Assembly: GCA_963924565.1 (NCBI GenBank)
Contig: OZ004613.1
Coordinates: 9,114,001-9,178,000, forward strand
Length of the DNA stretch: 64,000 nt
DNA from: Ascidiella aspersa
Lineage: Eukaryota
Direction of reading: 5' to 3'
Shown: piece by piece, positions 1-12,500 of the stretch
Numbering within the stretch: the stretch's first letter is position 1
Layout of the letters: every line of letters starts with the position of its first letter
Notes under the pieces: generated by a model
Seen by the model: only the letters and a program-made list of their open reading frames with translations
What the model was told of the DNA's origin: nothing
The model's database searches: none
Translations under genes and position numbers: made by a program

Positions 1-545
1 TGAGTTATTCGAAATGTTCAAAATGCGACGTAACTTCTGTACTGCCCTCAGACAGGGGCTTAACGGCAACCACTCTTAATCGCGCGGACTTAAAAACAAT
101 TGCGTTTCACACCACACAAAATGCTACTTGTTCCGCCGCGCGCTTTAGTTACTTAAGATATCACAAAAGGATGTCGGTCTCCGTCCGCCTAGAATGTCTC
201 GGTATCGGCATGCGATTTACCAAACCTTTATGGAAAACGTCAATATTATGTTTGCGCCTTTAATCGGGCATGACAAAAATTGAGAGATGACATCACAAAG
301 TTACATATAAACGTGACGTCATAAAGAAATAACCTTTAGAACACCACACAGTAAAAAAAAAAAAAAAAAAAAAGCAAAAAAATGCTTTGACGAAGTTATA
401 TCGGCAAAACATACAGTTTTGAGGAAGGGGGCATGACCATATCCCTACTTACAGAGCACTGTTCTGGACACTTAGGGTAAACACGAAATTTCTAAGGTCA
501 ATATAGTTTTAAGTTCGATAAAACCAAACGCAAGGTTCTTCCTAC

Positions 546-590
546 CTTCTGATGTTTCCATTTCCTGCTGACGCGACGTGGCTGCATTCG
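546..590 (-). CDS. Small symmetric IAP exon ([15 protein letters not shown])
   Basis: ttttgtttag acceptor, AAG|gtagga donor, 45 nt, phase 1-1, open frame. Confidence 0.72.
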
Positions 591-3500
591 CTAAACAAAA
601 TAGTCTACATTACAAACGGGAAGCGTGGTTGTGGTTTTCAACCCAAACCGTTAGTTCGCTATTGGTTACAAAAAACAAAATCACTGGTTTTCTATGATTA
701 CAAACCAGGCCGGATTTACCAATAGGCTAGGCAGGCTGAAGCCTAGGGCCTCAAAATTCGGTTTCGAAGTTTGTAATGCTTTTAGAAATTTGACAAGTTT
801 AAACCCTACCTAAAGTATATATATATCAAGCTTTTCAGAGTAGAAAATTCTATACATAACTTGTTTCACCTACGTTGTAAACAGTCCTTAATACGTATTT
901 GCATCATAATAAAGGCAATTAGACCTTTATGAAATTATGTGAAAGGAAAAAAATAACACTGCCTTTCCTAATGTAAAAGCAATATTCAGACTGTTTCTGA
1001 GCTTAATGGCCACTAACTGCTCAGGAGAGAGAGATCTTTAAGGCTCAAAAGCATAAATACACTGAGATCGACAATGTCTCAAGAAAGGTTGTCCGCACTT
1101 AGCATTCTGTGCATTGAGAGTGAGTGACACACTTAAACTTAAAAAGATAAATTTTGATGAACTTTTGCATGATTTTGCTTTGTGGAAAGCTAGAAAAATA
1201 ACAACTGTAGCCTAGTCTTACTTTATTTGGTGGCTGTAACTATTTCTTATGTCTTCGTAAATAAACTTTAAAATTATTGTAACGGTTGTTTCATCAAAGA
1301 AATTAAAAGCAAAACGGCCTTAACCAAACTTTTATTCTTTCAATTAAAAAACTTAAGATTGGGTTTAATTAGGAATGTGGAAAATAAAAAGAACCAAGAG
1401 TTTAATGCACTCATATTTTTTAACATTAAGCAATGACATGTGATGTTGTTTAGAGAGAAATTCTGAGCTCAAAAATAGGGAAGGGCCTCACAAATAGAAT
1501 AGCCTAGGGCCTCTCATGGTCTAAATCCGGCCCTGCTTACATATGAAAGAAAACAATCTTAAAAATCAAAAACTAAATTACAGTTGAAACTATTCGAGTG
1601 TTAATAGCAAGTTTTATGCTGACCTGCAAAATAGTCTCTGCAGCAAAGGAATAAAAGCTACAACAAACAGTTTCCATTTAGATTTCGCAGCTCAAATTGT
1701 AGTGAATTTTTCAAAAATGAGTTTATTAGGAAAATTCGTTTGTCTAATAATGCAATGGTTAATGGAACCAAATGAAGAATTGTATTTGCGTTGCTGCTTG
1801 AATCGAAGATTTTTCATACATTAAAGGATTTCTTCTGTTGGGCTTTTTCAAATTGAACGTTTTTCATCACAAATGTCTTTGGGACTTGCGGTTTTATATT
1901 GTCTGATTTTCTTCGTTATTTCTTGTTTTTTCATGCCTCTTTTTTAATAACCAAAAATTAAAGTCTGCGCCGTTTGATTGAAGTGGTTGTCTTGGGCAAA
2001 ACATCCGATACGTACTCCACATTGGATTTAATCAAAAAAGATTTTACTTTTTTAGTTTTGAAAAAGCTTTCAAATCACTGAAAAAACAAAAAGTTAACCA
2101 GAAGAACATAGTGAAAATCATACAATAGAAAAATCATATAACACTTCAAATATTATTTCATTTAATATCATTTATTGAGTGCATGTTAAAACACGATTAA
2201 AACAAAACGGCATACACCATCTGTGAAATAAACACAATTGAGTTTCGATGTACGATTATACGAAAATCTAGTATTTTTGGCTTGATTTCCATCCAATCTT
2301 CGTGTGGCGTTAGTCAAGTTTAAATCAAACAAAATCATTTATCATGCAAATATTCATATTGATTTTTTTAAACACCATGCCCGAAAAACAAACAAGTTAA
2401 GCTACAAGTTGCATAAATTAGAGATTAAACAAAATGGTCCTATTCGGGAGAAAGGACTCAAATATGGGAAAAAATGTATAAATGGTTGAATGTCGTATGC
2501 TTTTATTTTGTTTTTTTGGCTTGGGTTGTGTTATGTCCCGAAAAGAAACTGAAAATTGAAAAAGACGCCAGCTCACGTCAAGACACTCTCAACATCTGAT
2601 CTTTCAAATTACTCCTGGCAACTAATTTTAGGCTCTTTGAATAAACTCAACTCCACTCCAAGACTGAACTGTAATTCTTCTCAATTAGCTGCCAAACTAA
2701 TTTTCCTCTTGTTAAATTTCACTACTTATCCTGCCAGACCGAATAGGACGCAAACCGCAGAACAGAAGAAGGAAAATAACCGGAAGAAATACAGAAAAGA
2801 AGATATCTTGTTGGTTTGTTTTTGCTGTTTTTTTGTGTGTAATGCGTATATGTTTTGATTTTTTCTGTTTTTTAATTGTTTAGGTTGTTTTGGCTTGGGA
2901 TTTTAGGTAGCCTTAAAGTTACAAACCTGATGGCAATGGCTGGCCTCGCATTTCGTGCTCAAGTGATCTTGCCTCACCTGCAAAAAACAAAGAAACGGTC
3001 ATTTGATTGTGAATAACAAGGTTAGCGTTTAAAGCTTTAAAACCCTTTTATAAAAACACGCATTTATTTTGGCTTTAACCGTATTGCTACACTGTTGAAA
3101 AAATTCGTGTAAATCTGTTTAAAATAAAAATAAGGACTAATGCAATGGAAGACGTCGTAAAAAATTGCCCAAGCGTTCTATTGGTCAGTGGGCCCAATAA
3201 AAATAGGCCCGTAGCGGCAAGCTTGTATTCTGTCAGCGTGTTCTGATGAATGATACCAGTTGCCACGTGAGCGACACGCAAACATAACAAAAGCACACGA
3301 AAAAGGCAAATGCGAACACGTACGTAAAAATGCACAAGACACGATTCAGGTAACATGCTGCAGGGGCTACATTACTCCCCCCCAGAAGCGGGTTTAAAAT
3401 TTTTACGTGGCCGACCTCGTTTTTTAGGATCGTGCAGTTGCACTGGTTGCGTTGGTTCTACATATGCAGGTTTAAGGCGATTAACGGATATAGTCTGTCG

Positions 3501-6500
3501 CTGTCCCGCAATGTCTACAACAAAATACTTAGCGTGGCGTTCATAAACCTTATATGGGTCCTCATAAGGAGGATTTAAAGGGGGGCGGTAACCATCTTTG
3601 CGAACAAAAACATATGCACAACTTCTTAACAAGACACGCGGAACATCAACGGTAACATTACGATGCTTTGACATCGGCGTAGGGAGAAAGTTACCATTGA
3701 GTTTCGAAGTGTTTGAAGAAACTATGTTGGCTCACTCAAGTCATTTGCGTGAGGAATAAAATCCCCAGGCAGGGAAATAGTTGTTTCATAGACTAACTCC
3801 GCGCTTGATGCTTTTAAATCTTCTTTTGGCGTAGCCCGAATTGGTAGCAGGACCCAGGGCAATTCGTCTGTCCAGTTTGCTGCGTGCAGTCGAGCCATTA
3901 AAACGCTTTTTAAATGCCGGTGAAAGCGTTCGACGAGACCGTTGGCTTGGGCATGGTAAGCTGTAGTGCATCTATGCTTAATTCCAATAAGCTGAGTGAC
4001 TTTAGCCCACAGCTGCGACGTAAATTGTGGCCCTCTATCGGAGGACATTTCCGAAGGAACGCCAAAGCGGGCAATCCAATGAAACGCAAACGCACGTGCA
4101 CACCTTTCTGTTGTAAAGACCGGCATTGGAACTGCCTCCGGCCACCTGGAAAATCGATCTACATGTGTTAGCAAAAACCTGTTGCCTTTCGATATGGGTA
4201 GAGGTCCAACGATATTCAAGTTGATATGTTGAAATCGAGCTGTTGGAATGGGATAGGTCTCCAATGGTGAATGAACTGGCGTTGCACTTTTGCTGTTTGG
4301 CACTTGATGCATTGTCGGCTCCATTCCTGTATTTGTTTGTTTAAACCACGCCAAACAAACTTAGATGATATGAGCTTTTGAGTTGCACGAATGGACGGAT
4401 GGGCTAGACCGTGAACTGCGTCAAAAACTTTTTTTCGCCAAGTTTTTGGTATAATAGACCGTGGATTACCTGTGGAAATGTCACACAAAATAGTTACACT
4501 GGACCCTCCAATGCTGAACCGAATTCAGAAATACACGAGAAAGTGCATCTGTGGTCACATTTTGCTTACCTTCTACATGTCTGACGTCTGTAGTATATTC
4601 GGAGATCGCAGTTAGGTGGCATTGTTGTTTCGCAGACCAAGGATCAGCAACTTTTTAAAAGCAAAGGTGAGCGGCTTGTGATCGGTGTACGCTGCAAATG
4701 CTCTTCCTCCGGGAAAGTAGCGAAAATGTCTGACGGACAGGTGCAGCGCAAGAAGTTCGCGATCGAAGGCACTGAATCGAGTTTCGGCTGGTCGTAAATG
4801 CCTGCTAAAAATGCAAGTGGCATCCACGTATTGTTAATGTATTGTCCGAGCACTGCCCCCACTGGTGTTTCAGATGCGTCGACTGTCAAGGCGATTGGGG
4901 CCTGATGCTGCGGATGAACCAGCGTAGTTGCATGTTCCAGATCTGCTTTTGCTTGGTCGAAGGCACTCTGAAGTTCATCATTCCAAACCAGTGTCTTGCT
5001 TTTGGAAGACAATGCTTTGTATATCGGGGCCATTATTCGTGCGTCAGCTGGAATAATCTGCGGTAAAAATTGACCATACCTGCCTGCAAATTCATGTAGT
5101 GCTTTAAATGTTGTTGGTTTAGGAAAGCGATGGATTGTTAAAACTTTGTTTGGGTGTGGTCTTGCTCCATTTGAGTCGACGCGATGACCAAGGAAGTCAA
5201 TTGTAGACTTTCCAAACAGGTACTTGTTCAGGTTATTAACAAGTCCGTTATATGCAAGTCTTTAAAAAATTTGTTTGAGGTGTACCAGGTGTTGCTTTAT
5301 CGACTTACTGGCAACTAGAATGTCGTCTAAATAAAGAAATGCAAAATCAAGTGTTTGACACACTGTATCCATAAAGCGTTGGAACGCTTGTGCGGCGTTT
5401 TTTCACCCAAACGGCATACGTAGAAATTTAAACAAACCAAAAGGTGTGATCACTGAAGTTTTTGCTATAACTGCTTTGGCAAGCGGTACCTCTTACCAAA
5501 TCAATTTAGAAAATACTTTTGCTCCCGCTAAACGTGCGGAGGAATCCTGAATGTGCGGTATAGCATACCTGTCAGGTTGGGTAGCTGCATTCAATCGCCT
5601 GTAATCGCCGCAAGGTCTCCATTTGCCAGATGACTTTGGTACCATATGAAGTGGTGACGACCATGGACTGGATAATCTCCTGATTAGTCTTAATTCCATT
5701 ATTTTGCGAAATTCGTCCTTTGCTATTTGCAACTTTTCCGGGGATAACCGTCTTGTACTTGCGTGCAGTGGCGGGCCTGTTGTTGGAATGAAGTGTTCCA
5801 CTTGGTGCTTTGGAGCCACGCTGAATAGTGTTGGGGTTGTGATGTTTGGAAACTTTTCCAAAAGCTTTCTGTACACGTTATTGTGCGAAACAAGCGTGTT
5901 CAACTGCGGCGCGCTTTGCTTTGCATTGCTGATTGGAATGCTGGCAAATGATTTGCAATTGTGCCTGAGATCTACCAAGAGAGAATGCGCTCTCAAGAAA
6001 TATGCGCATAAAAGAGGCTTTGCTACAGCGACTTAAGTAAAACGCCAGCAAAATTTACCGGATGCCAGATCTAAACATATGTTTCTCGTTCCAGTTTGTT
6101 ACTTCCGTTGGCTGTAATAAGTTTGGGGCCGCTGGATTGCTTTCGATTTTGAAGAGATGAGGCAGGGTAAACGCTGATTTCCGCTCCTGTGTCGATCAAA
6201 AAATTTCTTGCGGATATTTTGTCACTTTCGTAAAACAAATTCCCTTTTCTGCCGGCCGCTGAAGAATTTAGTAGCGGCCGGCGTTGTTGTTTCCCTGAAA
6301 CGACCAAGGTTGACATTTCCTCGAAGAAACACAAACCGCCAGATTCGTTCCTTTGTATTTTTGTCGTTGAAAACGTTGTAGGCTTTTTTGATTTTTGCGA
6401 CAGTAAACTGCTGATCATCATTTCGCGCATGCCACTACATGTCAGCACGTTGAGCCAGAAAGCGAGGATCTTCGAAACTTTTCTTTACCAAAACAACACG

Positions 6501-9500
6501 AATGTCTTCTGGCATAGTTTGTAGAAAGGGGTATTCTGTCAGCGTGTTCTGATTAATGTCACCAGTTGCCACGTGAGCGACATGCAAACACAAAAGCACA
6601 CGAAAAAGGCAAATGCGAACACGTACGTAAAAATGCACAAGACACGCTTAGGTTAAAATGCTGCAGGGGCTACGGGCCTTCTTTTTAAAATTGAGTTGTA
6701 TAACATTTAGGTTTTTTCATATAAAAAATAGGAATAAAATTGCAATTGTTGAAATTTCCGTTACTTTTTTCTCGTAACGAACCAGCGATATCATAATTTT
6801 TCACATAGATAACATACCGCTAAGGTTTAGAAGGAACTTAAACCACGTTATAACAATCTAAACACTGCAGTAAAAGTTACCTAACAATCTTTTCATATAA
6901 CGCTTTTTATTAATCAATAATATTAGCGTAGTGTTCTTTTTGACGGTTAAAAAAATGGCAAAAAATCAGCCTGATTGGTTTCCATTAACTCACCGCTTCC
7001 GTGCGACTTGACGGCGGTCGCTTGCGGTTGTGACGTCATAGAAGGCGCTGCTTCTTCGTCGCTATCGTCGGAGTCTTCATTGTTGCCGGCGCTGGTCGCG
7101 TCTTCGATTAGTTCGGCAACTGTCGTGTACATCTCGGTTCGTCTTATTCGCCTAAGTTCGACAAAAATAGGCTTGAATGTCATATGAGTAAAAACTATTT
7201 ATGTTAACAACGCTAAAGCCTTGAAAGTTATAACGCCAAAAGTCTGAAAACAAGGTTTAGTTAGCTAAAAAAGTGGGTTGTCTAGTTTGAAAACAATGAA
7301 AATCGGGGGGCGTAAGTGTGTGAAAACCTGTAGGAAAACAATGATGAAAATAGTGTAAGTATAAAACTGCTAAAAACGCTCGAAAAATAGGGTTTAAAAG
7401 TGTTGGACCGTTTAAACAATGCCAGAAAAAATGATGGTTGAAGAAATGCTGAAGAGATTTGAATGTAAAGAGGCTGACAAAAACGCGAAAAACATAGGGT
7501 TGATTTAGTGTCCCAAGGCTAAAAAATTAGAAAAAAAATGAAAAAGTCGGTAAGGGTAGAAATAGGATAAATATGCCGATAAACGGTTAATAAAAAAAAA
7601 AAACTAAAAAAGACTGTATTACTGTAAGTGCAAAACCAGACGCAGTTATTCCGTATTTTGTTGTTTGTAGGCACAAGTAAACAAGTCAAACGTATATGTT
7701 TGGAAAAAATTGAAAACTAATGGATCCGATCCGATACTGAAGTCTTTATCAGTGTGCACGTACAGGAATTTATTAAAACACGCAAAGGCTTAAACAAGTG
7801 GATTCCTTAATTCGAATGAATCAATACAAAACAATGTTAATAAAACAGAAACAGAATCAGTAAGTTAAACATCATTGACAAACACTTACAAGTAACTAAC
7901 AATATGAGCTCCTACCGCTACAAGGTAGTAACACCAACTGCAGTAAGGACTCTACAATGTCAAGGCACCATGTGCTCGGTGACCTTTGACCGCAGGTCAT
8001 AGAATGATTACACAATTAAATCGGTCATAAAGCACTTACATAAAAATGCGGTCAAAGGCGGGACAATGCGAAACAATGTGCTTAGTCGCCCAGACCACCC
8101 TGGTTTCCGCCGGCGCTTTTAACCCAATCAATAAACGCATTTTTTACGCCCGTGTTTGTCATATTTGTCTGCAGTTCTACTGATGGCTCGATATGAGAAG
8201 GCAGTTTTAACATTGCTTTGTGCCGCACGAAATACGCTAGGTTGCTTTACTATTTTGTTATCACGAAGGCGCGCCTTAAAGCCACTTTGAAATTGTCGAA
8301 TTTTACAACCACCATTTTCCCTGTAAATCACACATTATAGGGAGATGTCATGTTCAAGGTACGTTAAGCAGAAATGGTAGACGTCAGTCTATCCAATTAG
8401 AAAAGCACCGTCCTGGGATGCGACTGTGTCCTTCTTTTTTGTTATTTTAAGTCAGGAGTCAAGAAACTTCATAATACCGGGCCGCATATTATACCTAATT
8501 TTTTTTGTCAATAAACTATTATTAACCGCACTTTAGATTCGCCTTTTTAAACGAACGCTGGCGTATCAAGACATTTACAACACACACATTAGCTTTCATA
8601 GGCAGTGGCAGTGTAGTTAGGTGATAGGCGGGGTGCCAGAGCACAATTTAAATTAGAGTTACAAACGGATGCATCAGTGCTTGTTTTTCTTCCATCTTGC
8701 AAAACACATTGGGGTCGCTTGAGTTTTAAAAGACGCTTATACTTTGCTTATCATTTCTTCGCTCGTCCCGTCGTTATAGCAAATTGGTTTCGTGAAAAAC
8801 AAACGGCGCAGTTTCGGTGGTTGGGGCAACCCAGCCTTTGTATTATGACGTTTTGTGGTGTTGAAATTCCATGCGAGCCGATAGATAGAGAAAACAAAGT
8901 ATTCGGTTACCTTCTAACAATTCGCTTGATCAGCCGTCGCTCAAATCCCATTTCCAAAGCTGCCTTGACAATCTCGGATGTCATCGCCGCGCGTATTTTC
9001 TCCTTTTCTCGTTGTAGTTCGGCCTGAAATAGAGCGAAATTTTAATTAATTTTTGCAAACAAATCAACAAACGAAACTACATATTTCTCTTTTAAACGAC
9101 AATAACTTATTATTGAACGTCTTTGACCAAGACAGGAAAGTCTAAAGAGTATTAACTCCCTTGTCGTCATTTACATGTAAGGACGAGGAGATATTTTCAT
9201 ATTGTACACATTCAGTTTGCCACGAAACTATAGTTGTCGCAATGATGAACGAAAGCAACATTGACGTAATAGTGGAAAAACGCGCTGCTGTGGTTCGCAA
9301 GTGTTTCCTCGAAGACCTGAGCAGACTGCAGCCCAGTATACCGCGTCCGGCCGGACAGGTAATTTGATAGGGCACGTTTTCCATAAAGGATTCCCATAGA
9401 GCCTGCGATTTCCCATAGAGCTTAGCTTTCACTTTATTAAAGCAAAACATAGCGTTTACATTCTTTTAATTTGGTTGGCCAATATTTTATCACCAGTTAG

Positions 9501-12500
9501 CCAAAAAACTGGTTTTTATAGCTTTAAAAAAACAACAAAAAACGTACATTATTATATGTTTATTTTAGATCCTCTTTTTGACCGAGTAGGCCACCAAAAC
9601 AATGTGTTTCTCGGCTCCCCTTAAAATTACTTGCTCACTACTGCTCTAAGGTGTCGAATGCGAAAATAAAAAACAACAACCACGAGACCATTTTAACATT
9701 AAAATTTGCTTGCCGCACCAACAAACCATTAAAGTTAAACAAACAAACAAGTGGCAAAAGGTAAAGCAATGACACTTATTGGGCCATATAAAGATTATAT
9801 ACTGCGATTAGTTATGTTATTAAAGCAAAATTTCAGTTCTATTTGTTTTGTTAGTTGCCTATAGCGGAGTTAAAATGAACATCCAAAGTCCAAATATTTA
9901 CCATAGTAAATATCAAAAGGCGGTGTTACAAGTATTGTAAAAGCTCAACGCAGCAGGGAGAAATTTTTTACCACAATTATTGCACAAGTTATTCTGTTAG
10001 GAAAAGGTTAAAGACGTGATAAAATTAGCGACCAGGCAGTTTAAAAGGTAACAATACGCCAGATTTGCGCAATCCATGGTAAATGACTCACATCAGTTTC
10101 AGTCCAAATGCTTTGGACACTGCAACGTCATTTAAAGTGTACGCAAATCTTGACGAGCACGTGCGAGTGGGTTTCTTTACTCTTCGTGTGGGCGGCACGA
10201 TTAGATGATTAAATGCATTTATGAATATTCCACGCAGGCGTGAAAAAAGTACAACTTTTCCTTTAAATTACGCAACTGGAATAATCTCTATAAGTGTCAA
10301 ATGTTGCATCTCGCAGCGCGATTGAATACCCCTTTATATAGTTATTTACAGAAAGTCCCTTTATATAGTTATTTACAGAAATAAAGACACATGCCTGGGG
10401 GTCAATAATCTGGGGAGGGGGTGAGGGGGCCCGGGCCGAGTTGGAGCCGAAGGCGATGCGGCGTCCGGGGGCCGGGGGTGGAACGTCGAAGGGCCCCCTC
10501 AGAAGGGGCCGGGGTAAGTTGGGGAACATCGAGACCATGCGGTGGACAAAGTCGGGTCCTTTTCGTTGCAGCAGAAACTCGCACCTGCGCAACAACAGAA
10601 GCTTGTAAGATGACTGATATGACAACACTTTGCAGACAAAATGTAAGTACAGGAAAATTGCATGGGGTCAAAACCCATGTGTTATAATCCACAAAAACTG
10701 AAATAACAAAAACCGGAGTCCTATACCTATTATACTAATAGCAGCACATTCGTTTTAACAAGCGAAGGAATATTAATCATACGGAAGTAAGTATGCTGAT
10801 GAGCTCTTAAAGTTGCCGTGTTATATCTCTGCAAGTATTAAAAGCATCGTGTAAAAATTTCCATACATTACCCAAAGCAACCTAAATTTGCGCGATTGGG
10901 ACAGGACAATGGATCCCCAAACGAACATTGGGCGATAACAATGGGCAGCGCGACGCAACTAACAACTTTTGGAAATATGTAATTGTGGGAATGTAATCAA
11001 ACTTTTTGGTGGGTTTGGTTAGTTTGTGAATAAATATAAAATTGACATTACAAATTGTAAAATGTACTATAAGGCCGTCAAGAACACAGCTACAACAAAC
11101 TATCATAATAACTCTGAGCTACACTATGTACGGATCTGTAATATAGCTTGCAATGAATTTTAAAAACAAAAAAGTCGGTTTACTAAACCTTTTTGGCTTT
11201 ATTATGAAATTATTATTATCAGTATTGACTCAGTACCAAGCTATGGTACTTATTAGATTCATATGTATTACTTGTCAGTGTTATAAACAAGTCAATGTGA
11301 AATAACTTAAGTTACATTCAAGTCAATGTGAAATAACTTAAGTTACATTCAAGTCATTGTGAAATAACTTTTTAAGTCATTTGTGAAATAACTTAAGTTA
11401 CATTCAAGTCATTTGTGAAATAACTTAAGTTACATTCAAGTCATTTGTGAAATAACTTAAGTGACATTTAAGTCATTTGTGAAATAACTAAAGTTATAAT
11501 TAAGTCATTTGTGAAATAACTTAAGTTACATTTAAGTCATTGTAAAATAACTTAAGTAACATTTAAGTCATTTGTGAAATAACTTAGGTTACATTTGTCA
11601 TTTGTGAAATAACTTAAATTACATTTAAGTCATTGTAAAATAACTTAAGTTACATTTAAGTCATTTGTGATAAAACTTAAGTTACATTTAAGTCATTCGT
11701 GAAATAACTTAAGTTACATTCAAGTCATTGTGAAATAACTTTTTAAGTCATTTGTGAAATAACTTAAGTTACATTCAAGTCATTTGTGAAATAACTTAAG
11801 TTACATCTAAGTCATTTGTGAAATAACTTAGGTTACATTTGTCATTTGTGAAATAACTTTAAGTTACATTTAAGTCATTTGTGAAATAACTTAAGTTACA
11901 TTTAAGTCATTTGTGAAATAACTTAAGTTACATTTAAGTCATTTGTGAAATAACTTAAGTTACATTTAAGTCATTGTGAAATAACTTAAGTTACATTCAA
12001 GTCATTGTGAAATAACTTAAGTTATATTTAAGTCATTTGTGAAATAACTTAAGTTACATTTAAGTCATTGTGAAATAACTTAAGTTACATTCAAGTCATT
12101 GTGAAATAACTTTTTAAGTCATTTGTGAAATAACTTAAGTTACATTTAGGTCATTTGTGAAATAACTTAAGTTACATTCAAGTCATTTGTGAAATAACTT
12201 AAGTTACATTCAAGTCATTTGTGAAATAACTTAAGTTACATTTAAGTCATTTGTGAAATAACTTAAGTTACATTCAAGTCATTTGTGAAATAACTTAAGT
12301 GACATTTAAGTCATTTGTGAAATAATTTGAGTTACATTTAAGTCATTTGTGAAATAACTTAAGTGACATTTAAGTCATTTGTGAAATAACTTAAGTTACA
12401 TTCAAGTCATTTGCGAAATAACTTAAGTGACATTTAAGTCATTTGTGAAATAACTAAAGTTATAGTTAAGTCATTTGTGAAATAACTTAAGTTACATTTA

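Larger units (their letters stand above)
3210..6674 (-). mobile_element. Decayed Ty3/Gypsy LTR retrotransposon in an IAP intron, same orientation as the gene
   Basis: Direct LTRs at 3210-3371 and 6531-6674; 4-bp TSD GGCC (3206-3209, 6675-6678); PPT next to the 3' LTR; PR-RT-RH-IN domain order. Confidence 0.96.

Noticed and set aside
3087-6638. Similar ORFs 3087-3356 and 6435-6638
   Set aside because: They are translations of the two LTRs, not genes.
10088-10200. Extra minus-strand exon with a GTGAGT donor
   Set aside because: No good acceptor, and it is not required for frame continuity.
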